IMG/VR virus record: IMGVR_UViG_3300047377_000579
DNA: 64,000 bases
Origin: an uncultured virus (IMG/VR IMGVR_UViG_3300047377_000579)
Taxonomy: Duplodnaviria; Heunggongvirae; Uroviricota; Caudoviricetes
Direction: 5' to 3' (one strand)
This document shows positions 1 to 9,073 of the stretch, one piece after another (within the stretch, counting starts at the first letter, position 1; every line of letters starts with the position of its first letter). Both the position numbers and the translations under genes were made by a program. The notes below the pieces were generated by a model that was not told the DNA's origin, did not search any database, and was given only the letters and a program-made list of their open reading frames with translations.

Positions 1-431
1 GTTGATTCAAACTGAATATCAGTAAGAGCTGTTGGAATACAATCTATATATCTTACTTGTTTAGTTTTATTATTATGACTGGACAATATAGTTAAGGTCA
101 TATCTGCTGTAGTTGGCGGCATGATGCCGGCTTGATATGATGGCACTTCTACTTGATCTAATATTCTGCGCATCCAAGAATACATTTCATCATATGACTT
201 CATATTTTCGTCTAATAGAATATTAGCCTGTAATTCATTAAAGGTTAATTTATCTCCAACAAACGGGACATTTTGTAATTTCTTATAAGGAACTTCTACA
301 GCATTAAGCATCATACCAGGATGTACAAAGCTTTGACAGAAAAATTCTAAATTCGGATAATTTTTACGATCAAGCGATATCTTGAATGATGTAGGCTGTA
401 AATAGTTAAAGTTATCTGTTAATTCTGCCAC
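1..431 (-). CDS. gp3: Tail completion / tail tube terminator protein (T4 gp3-like), truncated at window edge
   Basis: Not in ORF track; manual translation from GTG at 431 gives MAELTDNFNYLQPTSFKISLDRKNYPNLEFFCQSFVHPG..., typical of T4-like gp3, at the usual position after gp23. Confidence 0.8.
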   Translation of the reverse strand, partial: MAELTDNFNYLQPTSFKISLDRKNYPNLEFFCQSFVHPGMMLNAVEVPYKKLQNVPFVGDKLTFNELQANILLDENMKSYDEMYSWMRRILDQVEVPSYQAGIMPPTTADMTLTILSSHNNKTKQVRYIDCIPTALTDIQFES

Positions 432-432
432 G

Positions 433-621
433 TCATGTACCTCTACTTCCAATTGGTTTACAAATGTATTCTATAGAATCCCAATCTCCATCAGTAGGTA
501 TCTTCACATATTCTATTAGCATTTCATCACAATGTTCTTTAGTTGCAAACCATTGAACGTCTTGTTCTACACAAGTTGAGCCTAAGCATGCGGTAAGTAA
601 TATATGCCATAAAGTTTCCAT
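433..621 (-). CDS. Small hypothetical protein with hydrophobic N-terminus and 4 Cys
   Basis: 62 aa ORF directly behind a TATAAATA box; abuts gp3 start. Confidence 0.7.
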   Translation of the reverse strand: METLWHILLTACLGSTCVEQDVQWFATKEHCDEMLIEYVKIPTDGDWDSIEYICKPIGSRGT

Positions 622-626
622 ACATC

Positions 627-634
627 TATTTATA
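627..634 (-). promoter_or_regulatory. T4-type late promoter
   Basis: Exact TATAAATA on minus strand, intergenic. Confidence 0.8.
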
Positions 635-646
635 TAAGTTTCACAT

Positions 647-673
647 AAAAAAAGAGCAGCCGAAGCTGCTCTT
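647..673 (-). terminator. Rho-independent terminator after gp23 with UUCG tetraloop
   Basis: Minus strand AAGAGCAGC-TTCG-GCTGCTCTT followed by a T run. Confidence 0.9.
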
Positions 674-692
674 AAGTTTATTATTTTTAGAA

Positions 693-2024
693 TTAAGCGC
701 CGAGGATATTGTCGACACGGAAAATTCTGTAGTACTGGTTATTTCTAACAGTAGCTGACAGATTATCTTGTGGGGTGCCACCAACAAATGGGTTAGCAAC
801 CATACCATAGCGAGTCTTAAATCCAATTTTCGGCTGGAATGTTTCTTCACCGACTGCACGTACCATTGTTAATGGAACGTATGGGCAATAGAACAGACCT
901 GCGTCATATGGGTTAGTACCTTTATAGCCAACGTTTACATAGTTAGCTGTTGCATACGGGTCAATATAGACTCGTGTACGACCGTTAAGTACACCAGCAA
1001 ATGTGCTGCCTGTGTCATCAACGTTAAGGCTTGTAGAAAGTGCTGGTGTATAATCCAGCATACCAGCTGCTGAAAGTGCAGAAGCTACGTCAGACGAGCA
1101 GACCATAAAGTTACCTTTACCTCTACGTGTCTGTTTAGCAATTGTGTTACACTCACGCTCGATCTGAAGAATCAGACCTTTGAACTTCTCAACTGACCAA
1201 CGACCATCTGCATCTGTCTGTACGTCGAAGATACCGTTGACAGCTGTGTTAGATGTTGATGCACCAGTTCTGGCTTGTGCATTAATTGAGCGAACAACTT
1301 CACGGTTGATTTCAGCCATGATTTCTGTTGAAAGAATATTAGCCAGCTCTGTTTCAGCATCTAAGCCATGAATAGCTTTAAGATCCTGTGCCAGTTCCAG
1401 AGAATATTCAGCTTTCAGTGCACGTGACTTGGCAGTGACTGTTGCTTTCTCAATGGTAAAGCCCATTTCTGCGAAAGCCTCGGTATTATCGCCAAGAGCT
1501 TCAGCTTCAGCTGTTGTATATGCATCACCTGCATAAGGACCGGTGCGCTGATCATCAAGGTTAGAGTCTTGAGCAGCTGAATCGATACCAGAAAGACCTG
1601 AAGGACCATCTGTACCGTTTCCAGTTGTAGCTGAATCGCCAGAAAAACCAACTGCTGCTTCGTTAAACAGTGCTTCATCACCATCAGAAACACCAGCTTT
1701 AGTTGTACGATACTTAGACTTCATCGCAAAGATTAAGCCTGTTGGACCAGACATTGGCTGTACACCGCAGATGTCATATGCCATAAGATTTGGCATAGCA
1801 CGACGTACGAGAGCAATTAAGACTGGGTTCCAGTTAGCAACACCCGAACCTGTGTTCATTGTTGGTGCGGCTTCGTTCATTACTTGCTCTTCACGAAGAG
1901 CAATTTCTTGGTTTTCCAGAATTGCAGCTGTTACTGCTTTTCTGTGATTATCTTGGATAGTGCCTGCAGACTCTTCGTTGAGTACTGGGGCCCATTTTTC
2001 CATTAACTTATCGTAAGATTGCAT
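693..2024 (-). CDS. gp23: Major capsid protein
   Basis: Motifs LVRRAMPNLMAYDICGVQPMSGPTGLIFA, SRALKAEYSLELAQDLKAIHGLDAE, FQPKIGFKTRYG. Confidence 0.99.
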   Translation of the reverse strand: MQSYDKLMEKWAPVLNEESAGTIQDNHRKAVTAAILENQEIALREEQVMNEAAPTMNTGSGVANWNPVLIALVRRAMPNLMAYDICGVQPMSGPTGLIFAMKSKYRTTKAGVSDGDEALFNEAAVGFSGDSATTGNGTDGPSGLSGIDSAAQDSNLDDQRTGPYAGDAYTTAEAEALGDNTEAFAEMGFTIEKATVTAKSRALKAEYSLELAQDLKAIHGLDAETELANILSTEIMAEINREVVRSINAQARTGASTSNTAVNGIFDVQTDADGRWSVEKFKGLILQIERECNTIAKQTRRGKGNFMVCSSDVASALSAAGMLDYTPALSTSLNVDDTGSTFAGVLNGRTRVYIDPYATANYVNVGYKGTNPYDAGLFYCPYVPLTMVRAVGEETFQPKIGFKTRYGMVANPFVGGTPQDNLSATVRNNQYYRIFRVDNILGA

Positions 2025-2038
2025 TTTGGACTCCTAAA

Positions 2039-3091
2039 TTACGATTGTGTTGCTTTTAAAGCAGAGATATACTGTGCCATTGAGCCAGAGGATTCTACGA
2101 TATCATCGCTTTCATCTGTATCAATATCAGCTGTCTCAACGTTTACTGACTCTTTAGTAAAGTATGATTCTTTGACAGTAGCTACTTTCTTAGAGAAAGT
2201 CTCTTCATCGTCGAAGTCTACATCTTCTACTAAAGACTTAAGTTTTGCAATTTGAGTGTCTGCAAGGTCTTTTGAATGCTCAGCAATAATTGCATCGCGC
2301 TTATAAGACTCTAACTCTTCTGCCATTGCGATTGCGTTACCAGTTGTGCTATTGAGTTTTTCCTCAAGCTCTTCAACTGTTTCAGCGAGTTCGTCAACAA
2401 GATCGATCTTGGACTCAGGAACTTCGATGTATGACTCTGTGAACAGATCTTTCAGATTGTTCATGAAGCCTTCAGCGATTTCCGTACGGAGACCAGTTTG
2501 AATTGCTAACTTGTTGTCTTCCATCCAGTTTTCAACTACGTAGTTAAGATAGCTGTCTACTTTCTCTACGAGGTCCTCTTTTGTAGAATTGATTTCTGCA
2601 TCGAGTTCTTCGTTGTACTTTTCTTCAAGACGATCAATTTCCTCGGCCAGTTTTGACTTGATAGCTGCTTCGAAAATTACCTCTGCCTTAGCTTTGAAGT
2701 CCTCTGAGAGAGTAGCTTCTTCGTTAACTAATGCATTAAGGTCTGCAGAGAAGTCTGCTTCATAGTTGAGCTCAGGAGCATCTACTAATTCACCTTCTTC
2801 TTCTGTGCTTTCAGCCATCAACTTTTTAAGTGCGACAGCCAGATCCTCTTTTTTCATGCCAGCCATTTTATTATAAGCTACATTAATCATACCAGCTTTT
2901 GTACCAGGCATTTTAGGCATTGGATCTTGTTTTGTTTGATCACCCTTACGCTTTGGAGCAGTCTTACCGGCATCTTCTGCTTTATCAACAGAAGCGATAG
3001 ACTGTGCTTCAGCGTTTTTCGGATCGTGAGCTTCTTCCACGACTTCGTTGTCATCATCGTGGAGTTCAACTTCCTGATTGATTTCAGTCAT
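2039..3091 (-). CDS. gp22: Prohead core scaffolding protein
   Basis: Acidic helical protein, EKVDSYLNYVVENWMEDN motif, between gp21 and gp23. Confidence 0.95.
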   Translation of the reverse strand: MTEINQEVELHDDDNEVVEEAHDPKNAEAQSIASVDKAEDAGKTAPKRKGDQTKQDPMPKMPGTKAGMINVAYNKMAGMKKEDLAVALKKLMAESTEEEGELVDAPELNYEADFSADLNALVNEEATLSEDFKAKAEVIFEAAIKSKLAEEIDRLEEKYNEELDAEINSTKEDLVEKVDSYLNYVVENWMEDNKLAIQTGLRTEIAEGFMNNLKDLFTESYIEVPESKIDLVDELAETVEELEEKLNSTTGNAIAMAEELESYKRDAIIAEHSKDLADTQIAKLKSLVEDVDFDDEETFSKKVATVKESYFTKESVNVETADIDTDESDDIVESSGSMAQYISALKATQS

Positions 3092-3103
3092 CTAATTGAC
3101 TCC

Positions 3104-3760
3104 TTATACTTTAGATTTGACCAACGAGAGGAAATTCTTAAACTCACGAACCTGAGTCTCATAGAGATCAGCGCGTGGAGCTTTGATAATTTCAGTCTCC
3201 ATTTTTTCAATTGTTTGAGCTTCGATAATGCCATTGTTCCAAACCCATTCTACGCCTTCCATAATTCCATTAACAAAAGCGCTAGGTGCAGATGGATCTT
3301 GTACGATATCAACGGCGTTGAGGAGAAAATCTGGTTTCACAACCATTGCTCCCCCACTTTGCTGCAAACTTCCCATACCACGAGTCGAAACACCCAGATT
3401 GACCCCGCCTTCGAGAAGACCTTTTACAATCTCACCCATAGGAGTATTCAAAATGCGTGCCTTGCCCACAACATCGTTCCCTCTCCAATCGAGGGATTCA
3501 ATCTTGTGAGAAACTTTATCTAAATTAACAGTCGGTCCTTCAGGGTGATTTAATTCACCAACCGCACGACCTTTAACGACTTGTTCTGTGTTGTACTTAT
3601 CAACAGCAGATTCCATTACGTCACGCGGATATATCCGACCGTTACGATTCTTTGTTTCTGCTTGCATAAAGATACCTTCAATAGAATATGATTTCTTACC
3701 ATTTTTTTCTTCGGTAAGAATCTCTAAATTATCTTCGGTATATTCTGCAATCAGTTTCAT
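3104..3760 (-). CDS. gp21: Prohead protease
   Basis: NRNGRIYP, GELNHP, GVSTRGMGS, DIVQDPSAPSA motifs. Confidence 0.97.
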   Translation of the reverse strand: MKLIAEYTEDNLEILTEEKNGKKSYSIEGIFMQAETKNRNGRIYPRDVMESAVDKYNTEQVVKGRAVGELNHPEGPTVNLDKVSHKIESLDWRGNDVVGKARILNTPMGEIVKGLLEGGVNLGVSTRGMGSLQQSGGAMVVKPDFLLNAVDIVQDPSAPSAFVNGIMEGVEWVWNNGIIEAQTIEKMETEIIKAPRADLYETQVREFKNFLSLVKSKV

Positions 3761-3761
3761 T

Positions 3762-3974
3762 TTACTTTACCTGTTTAACGTATTCCATACCAGCTTTTTT
3801 AGCAATATTGAGATTAGGATATGTGTCAAGTTTTTCCCTATCAATGTAGGTAGTAAACTTACCTTTTTCTTTATGCACCATTACTTCAATACCTTTTACT
3901 TTAGTATCGAATACATGCTCACCAGGCGGCATGCCTTTTCGTAGCGCCTCTCTTATTTCTAAAAAAGTTTTCAT
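3762..3974 (-). CDS. Small basic protein, probable prohead core protein (gp68 position)
   Basis: MKTFLEIRE N-terminus typical of T4-like head-targeted proteins; synteny. Confidence 0.55.
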   Translation of the reverse strand: MKTFLEIREALRKGMPPGEHVFDTKVKGIEVMVHKEKGKFTTYIDREKLDTYPNLNIAKKAGMEYVKQVK

Positions 3975-3990
3975 TACTCTTCTTTGCTAT

Positions 3991-3998
3991 TATTTATA
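3991..3998 (-). promoter_or_regulatory. T4-type late promoter
   Basis: Exact TATAAATA, intergenic. Confidence 0.8.
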
Positions 3999-4027
3999 AT
4001 TTTATTATTTTCTACTCATATTAATAT

Positions 4028-4342
4028 TTAGCTGTCAACATCTTCTTCATATTCTTCTTCCGCTTCATCGCCGACCTCTGCCTCATCGTCAGATTCATAC
4101 TCTTCACTATCTTCGGCATCGGCTTCTTCATCAGCTCTGTCATCATCGTCTGACTCAAAGTCGAGATCGAGTTGTTCGTCTTCTGGTTCTTCTCCATTGA
4201 ACATTTGCCCCGCTAATGCAACTTTAGCCTGATCTAATAGATCAGCCATCTTGTCATTCATCATAGTGTCAAACACTTGATTAGCTTTATTGAAGTCTTG
4301 ATCAAGAGCATTCTGAATTAAGTCTTTTGTAAGTTCACTCAT
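4028..4342 (-). CDS. Acidic prohead core protein (gp67-like)
   Basis: Short helical N-terminus plus very acidic tail; synteny upstream of gp21. Confidence 0.6.
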   Translation of the reverse strand: MSELTKDLIQNALDQDFNKANQVFDTMMNDKMADLLDQAKVALAGQMFNGEEPEDEQLDLDFESDDDDRADEEADAEDSEEYESDDEAEVGDEAEEEYEEDVDS

Positions 4343-4356
4343 AATTTTTTACCTTT

Positions 4357-5499
4357 TTAATATTGTTGTCCATCGCCTTCGTTAAGGCCAGTAACACCAC
4401 CCATATCTCCTACATCTGATGTAGAGCCTTCGTTTGCCCACACAAATTTTTCTATACTTTTATAATTACTAGTCTGTGCACCTATGTAATATCCAGCAGT
4501 TGTAGAACTACTAACAGCAATTTCTGATACACCACCACCTGATGAGTTAATAGTTCCTGCTGTTGAAGCTGTTGCATCACTTGCGAATAAATGTTTTTGG
4601 ATATTACTACCAGCAGACATACGTGAGAAATAACCAGCAGTTGCGTCATTTGTTGCTACTCCGTATTGACTAGTGCCAATATCACCTACAGAACTTCCAG
4701 TAACACTAGTTGAATGCGCAAATTTTTCTACTTGATTATCCATACCGTGACCACAGATATAAGTATGGGTTGTACTAGTAAATGCTCCTCTACCAGTTGT
4801 ATTTTGAGCAAGATCACCAACATCTGTAGCATTGCCGTCAGAACTAAATGAATATCTTACAATATCTACTCGTCCTGGGCCTGTATTTGCTCCCGCATGA
4901 TAGCCATGAGTAGGTGATGGTCCACCTTTACGATAATAATATGAGCCTGTATCATCTCCAACATCTGTAGCATTTCCACTTGAAGCCATAGCAAATTTAT
5001 CAATTATATTTGATGATGCATATCCTGGTCTAATATAACCACCAATATAATAACCATGTGTAGAAGAGGAGTTACTACCTCCTAGCTGTCTTCCGACTGT
5101 TAAATTACCAATAGATGATGTTGTTGATTCATTTGCAAATGAAAATCTACCAATACTGTTATTTGAGTTTCCGCCTGGAGCAAAGCCACCTGTAGCAAAA
5201 CCATATGTAGATCCTTGAGCTTGTGTCGGAGCAATTTCACCTAAACCTAAGGTTTTAGTATTTTCAACTAAGTAATATTTAGTAGCTGCACTGTCCCAAA
5301 CATAAAGTTCGTTAACTTCGCCTAACCAATGCAAAGATCCATCACCATGATCGGTAGTACTTGCTAAAAGTAATCCGCCAGAAGAATCATAATCGTAAGC
5401 AGTAACACCAGGCGGCGCATCTAGTGCACCACTACTATCGATAGTACCACCGCCAACTGCGGCAGCAAGTGCTTTAGCTAAATCTCTATTAATAGACAT
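4357..5499 (-). CDS. Kelch-like beta-propeller repeat protein, probable virion appendage
   Basis: Repeats of the form GY..GG...I.KF.F..D..A.DVGD; paralogue of 9074-10321. Confidence 0.65.
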   Translation of the reverse strand: MSINRDLAKALAAAVGGGTIDSSGALDAPPGVTAYDYDSSGGLLLASTTDHGDGSLHWLGEVNELYVWDSAATKYYLVENTKTLGLGEIAPTQAQGSTYGFATGGFAPGGNSNNSIGRFSFANESTTSSIGNLTVGRQLGGSNSSSTHGYYIGGYIRPGYASSNIIDKFAMASSGNATDVGDDTGSYYYRKGGPSPTHGYHAGANTGPGRVDIVRYSFSSDGNATDVGDLAQNTTGRGAFTSTTHTYICGHGMDNQVEKFAHSTSVTGSSVGDIGTSQYGVATNDATAGYFSRMSAGSNIQKHLFASDATASTAGTINSSGGGVSEIAVSSSTTAGYYIGAQTSNYKSIEKFVWANEGSTSDVGDMGGVTGLNEGDGQQY

Positions 5500-5510
5500 T
5501 GATGATCCCC

Positions 5511-5642
5511 TTAAATATGGTCTTCTATGATTTCTTTCAGAGTTTCAAAGGCCTCACTGTCTTCCATCATTAACTTTCTCATAATCTCAACAAGCTCGTA
5601 TCGTTCCATTTCCTCGAGCTTGCTCGCAATCATTTCTTCCAT
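5511..5642 (-). CDS. Small acidic helical protein (43 aa) absent from ORF track
   Basis: MEEMIASKLEEMERYELVEIMRKLMMEDSEAFETLKEIIEDHI; TAATG overlap with upstream stop; fills the gap. Confidence 0.7.
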   Translation of the reverse strand: MEEMIASKLEEMERYELVEIMRKLMMEDSEAFETLKEIIEDHI

Positions 5643-5974
5643 TAGCTATTAGTCGCCACAAATGCATCATACCAAGCTTCAACCATAGCTGTAACTTGAT
5701 CATTTGTCATGTTGTCCTCTGAAATCTCACCATCGTCGGTCTGTACTTTCATTGGATTAGCCGCATGCATACCAAGTACACGTGTTACCATTTCAGCCTT
5801 TGTGAGCTCTTCAATTGTATCTGGAACCCAATACTCACGATCAGCTTCAGCTTTTACCCAACCTACATATGTAAAGTCAGCTGGATTATACCAATGACCA
5901 CGATCTTCAACGTAGCCTGGGATTACATTTCTTCCTGTTTCAGAAATTTGAAACTTATATTCGATTACTGGCAT
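5642..5974 (-). CDS. Hypothetical protein
   Basis: 110 aa ORF, TAATG-coupled on both sides. Confidence 0.75.
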   Translation of the reverse strand: MPVIEYKFQISETGRNVIPGYVEDRGHWYNPADFTYVGWVKAEADREYWVPDTIEELTKAEMVTRVLGMHAANPMKVQTDDGEISEDNMTNDQVTAMVEAWYDAFVATNS

Positions 5975-6912
5975 TATTCTTCTCCTGTTGAATTACCTAG
6001 TAGCGCTACTTTTTTGTCCATCGTAATTGAACCAATATACTCATTTTTAAATCCTTGAAGATCCATTCTTACTTCATCAACTTTATGTCGATTGGCAAGC
6101 TCTTCTACGATTTCATCAACAAAAGTATAAAGACCTGAAACATCCCACGAATCTTGTTCAGCCTCACTCTTTACATAATTTCTTAACACGTTTTGCATCT
6201 TTGTTGGATTAATACCAATCTGTTCAAGATACTCTTGTTCGCCTTTAGTAATAGAACCGCTTTGTCTAATATCACGAATACACTGCACAATACTTCTCTT
6301 CATATGCGACTGTGTTTCTTCTGCTTCAACATCCTCTTCACTAAAGTCAGAAACTTTTTCTTTTAACTGTTCATATAATTCATTAAGGGCTAAGAGATCT
6401 TTCATAGCACCTTCAATAGCTGTTGAGCTTTCTGCGAGCCCTTCTTGAAGTTGAGCCAGCTTTACTTTTAAATCAACCTCTCTCCAATATTCTAACAATT
6501 CTGGATTGCGAAGCTCTTCTTCAATCTTCTTAATCTTAATTTCATTTTGTACATGTTTCCATTTGGCTTCATTAAGTGCGCCTTTTTTACGAGAGATCTC
6601 AGCTGAGATTTGTCTCATATTTTTCATAGGCGACAACCAACTTAAATTTAAATGTCTCCACATCCATTGTGTATGACTATGATTCCAAATAGATTGTAAA
6701 TCGTTTGTATTCTGAATAGCTAAATCAACTTTTTCAGAATTTTCTTTAAACGTTAAACCTCCAAAACTTTCTTTAGCTGCTAATGAACCTTTACCAAATA
6801 CGTCATTCATAGATACACTAAATCCACTGATATCGCGGGTAATATCTAAATCATTACGAAGGCGTTCAAACACTGCAATTTCAGTTTTCTTATCTTCACT
6901 TTTCTTCGACAT
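5974..6912 (-). CDS. Hypothetical coiled-coil protein
   Basis: 312 aa, helical/heptad composition, SD AGGAG and late promoter upstream. Confidence 0.8.
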   Translation of the reverse strand: MSKKSEDKKTEIAVFERLRNDLDITRDISGFSVSMNDVFGKGSLAAKESFGGLTFKENSEKVDLAIQNTNDLQSIWNHSHTQWMWRHLNLSWLSPMKNMRQISAEISRKKGALNEAKWKHVQNEIKIKKIEEELRNPELLEYWREVDLKVKLAQLQEGLAESSTAIEGAMKDLLALNELYEQLKEKVSDFSEEDVEAEETQSHMKRSIVQCIRDIRQSGSITKGEQEYLEQIGINPTKMQNVLRNYVKSEAEQDSWDVSGLYTFVDEIVEELANRHKVDEVRMDLQGFKNEYIGSITMDKKVALLGNSTGEE

Positions 6913-6929
6913 AATATCTCCTATGTCTA

Positions 6930-6937
6930 TATTTATA
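6930..6937 (-). promoter_or_regulatory. T4-type late promoter
   Basis: Exact TATAAATA, intergenic. Confidence 0.8.
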
Positions 6938-6944
6938 CAAAAAA

Positions 6945-8213
6945 CTATTTAAAACGATTTGAGCCATGAACCCAAACAACAATAACCCATCTTTCTCCAC
7001 TAGTTACAGGAGAAACGCGATGTAGTAAATAGCTAGGGAAGAAGGTAATAGAACCTTGTTCGTCAACAGCTTTCATTTCATTTCCATTATTATTAATCTC
7101 TAAATTTCCGCCCTCGTACACATCACGTTCTGTGAGTGGAATTGACAGAGAAATCTTTCTTGTAGCAGCATTGCCTTCGCCGCAATCAATATGCCAATCA
7201 TAATGACCATTCTCAGTAGACTTGTAATGCAAGAGCTGTAAAGAATGAGTAATACCTAATAGATCAAATTTATAAAATTCTGAATTAGCGACACCTACAG
7301 CTGTAGCAATCTTGTCGAAGATCCACTGTGTTTCATCTGTTAACTCAATATGGTAAGTATCAACAGATCTAACTTTAGGATCATAGGTTCCACCGTCTTC
7401 GCCTGTACCTACAGTTGACTTTACTGGATATAACTTTTTATTTTGATCTAAAATCTTTTGACATTCAGCTGAACTAAATGTGTGCTCAGGTTTAAATCCA
7501 CTATGATAGGTTGCAGCACCTGGGAAAATATCGTCGCACGTACGAATCATAACACCGTCATTAATAACGGATGCTGTCATCTCTGGTTTAACAGGTTGTT
7601 CTACTGGTTTATCTTCGAACTTACGTAATGTGCTTTCTTTCTTGTCTACACCAAGTTTCGTGCGCCCATCATAAGCATGATCTGCATGTGGACCATTAGC
7701 ATCTACGTAATGTAAGAATACCTGCACTTGCCATTTACCTTTATATTCAGGTCTCCAATGATTTAACTCATTGCCATGGTACATAACAAGATCACCAATA
7801 TTAATATCAATTGGTGTGCCTACAATATCATCATCGTCTTTGCCGAAGTAAATAGGCCAAATACCAGAACCAGGATCGAATCCGAGAGTCATTGTGCCAG
7901 AAATTTCACATGAAGGCCTGTCTTTATGCTTTACAAGTGTTTCGCCTGGCGCATAGATTCTAGCATATGTGTATGCTGGTAGAAGCTCAATACCCAATTG
8001 ATTAGATAATGGACCTGCCAGAGTTTCCAATAGAGTATCAAATACTGGATCTCCATATACGCTATCTGATAATGGACATTGAGGATCTTTTACTAATTTA
8101 CCGGCATCTTGTAAACCATACATATGGGTCGTAAGTGCTTTACAATCCTCACGTGATATTACATTAGAAAGGTAGATATATTTTTGTTGTTTAAAGTGTT
8201 CTGCTGCGCTCAT
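6945..8213 (-). CDS. Tandem two-domain 2OG-Fe(II) oxygenase (prolyl-hydroxylase-like)
   Basis: Domain 1 HKD...HWR; domain 2 WHID...YEGGNL...FPSYLLHRVSPVTSGERW. Confidence 0.9.
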   Translation of the reverse strand: MSAAEHFKQQKYIYLSNVISREDCKALTTHMYGLQDAGKLVKDPQCPLSDSVYGDPVFDTLLETLAGPLSNQLGIELLPAYTYARIYAPGETLVKHKDRPSCEISGTMTLGFDPGSGIWPIYFGKDDDDIVGTPIDINIGDLVMYHGNELNHWRPEYKGKWQVQVFLHYVDANGPHADHAYDGRTKLGVDKKESTLRKFEDKPVEQPVKPEMTASVINDGVMIRTCDDIFPGAATYHSGFKPEHTFSSAECQKILDQNKKLYPVKSTVGTGEDGGTYDPKVRSVDTYHIELTDETQWIFDKIATAVGVANSEFYKFDLLGITHSLQLLHYKSTENGHYDWHIDCGEGNAATRKISLSIPLTERDVYEGGNLEINNNGNEMKAVDEQGSITFFPSYLLHRVSPVTSGERWVIVVWVHGSNRFK

Positions 8214-9043
8214 GATAAAACCTCTGGATAAAATGCTTTATAAAACCATTCGTAGTTATCTATAACTCTGTTATGAAAGTCATCTGATAGTACACGCTTA
8301 GGTTCAGACCAAGGAACCATTTGCTGTTTGACTTGGTGATCTGTTTTTTCAAAAAAGTATGCGTTATCGTGTTCATACATTTCTGATTGTTGAATATTTT
8401 CAAGATTATGGAAGTAAGAATCTATACCAAGAAACTCGTATATGCGATTAATCATAAAGACTGGCTCTTTAAGAAAATCTTCGTATCGTACAAATTTAAT
8501 ATCTGAATTAAACATTTCCATATATCGTGGAAGTGAATTGCGTAAAGGATCAGAAAAAGAATTAAATGTTGTAAAATGGTAATTATATTTTTCGTCTTCA
8601 CACATTGTAGCATAGTTCCGGCCTTCATTATCAACAGTATGAAGAGCCTTTAGCTTTGAGTTTACTCGATCAAAGCTCTCTACAATATCTCGTAGGTCTC
8701 TAATCATTACAATATGTTTGGAATCTGGAAAGAGATGATGTGTCCGTGTCCACTCGCGTGACTTGGAAATAACAATAGGTTTTTCTGTAAGAGCTGTGTA
8801 CCAACCAGTAGTAGCACCTATTGCCATTCCGTAAACAGCTTCATCTGCTTGCTTAGCAGACATAGCCTGAAACTTTTCTTTAGTCCTAGACTTTTGCAAA
8901 ATATTAGAGTCTAGGATTTCTGGAAACGGATCCGTAGTAGTAGTAAAAATATTAGGATTTTGTTGGAGTATATTCATCAAAACTGTAGAACCAGTTCTGG
9001 GAAGTCCACCACAAAAATGCAATTGTTTCATTATAAATCTCAA
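8210..9043 (-). CDS. Sulfotransferase family protein (start may be MKQLHF at 9031)
   Basis: 5'-PSB motif GLPRTGST, 3'-PB motif RDLRDIVES, VRYEDF. Confidence 0.88.
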   Translation of the reverse strand: MRFIMKQLHFCGGLPRTGSTVLMNILQQNPNIFTTTTDPFPEILDSNILQKSRTKEKFQAMSAKQADEAVYGMAIGATTGWYTALTEKPIVISKSREWTRTHHLFPDSKHIVMIRDLRDIVESFDRVNSKLKALHTVDNEGRNYATMCEDEKYNYHFTTFNSFSDPLRNSLPRYMEMFNSDIKFVRYEDFLKEPVFMINRIYEFLGIDSYFHNLENIQQSEMYEHDNAYFFEKTDHQVKQQMVPWSEPKRVLSDDFHNRVIDNYEWFYKAFYPEVLS

Positions 9044-9073
9044 AAATTAATTGTATAGTATTATTCTGATTCA

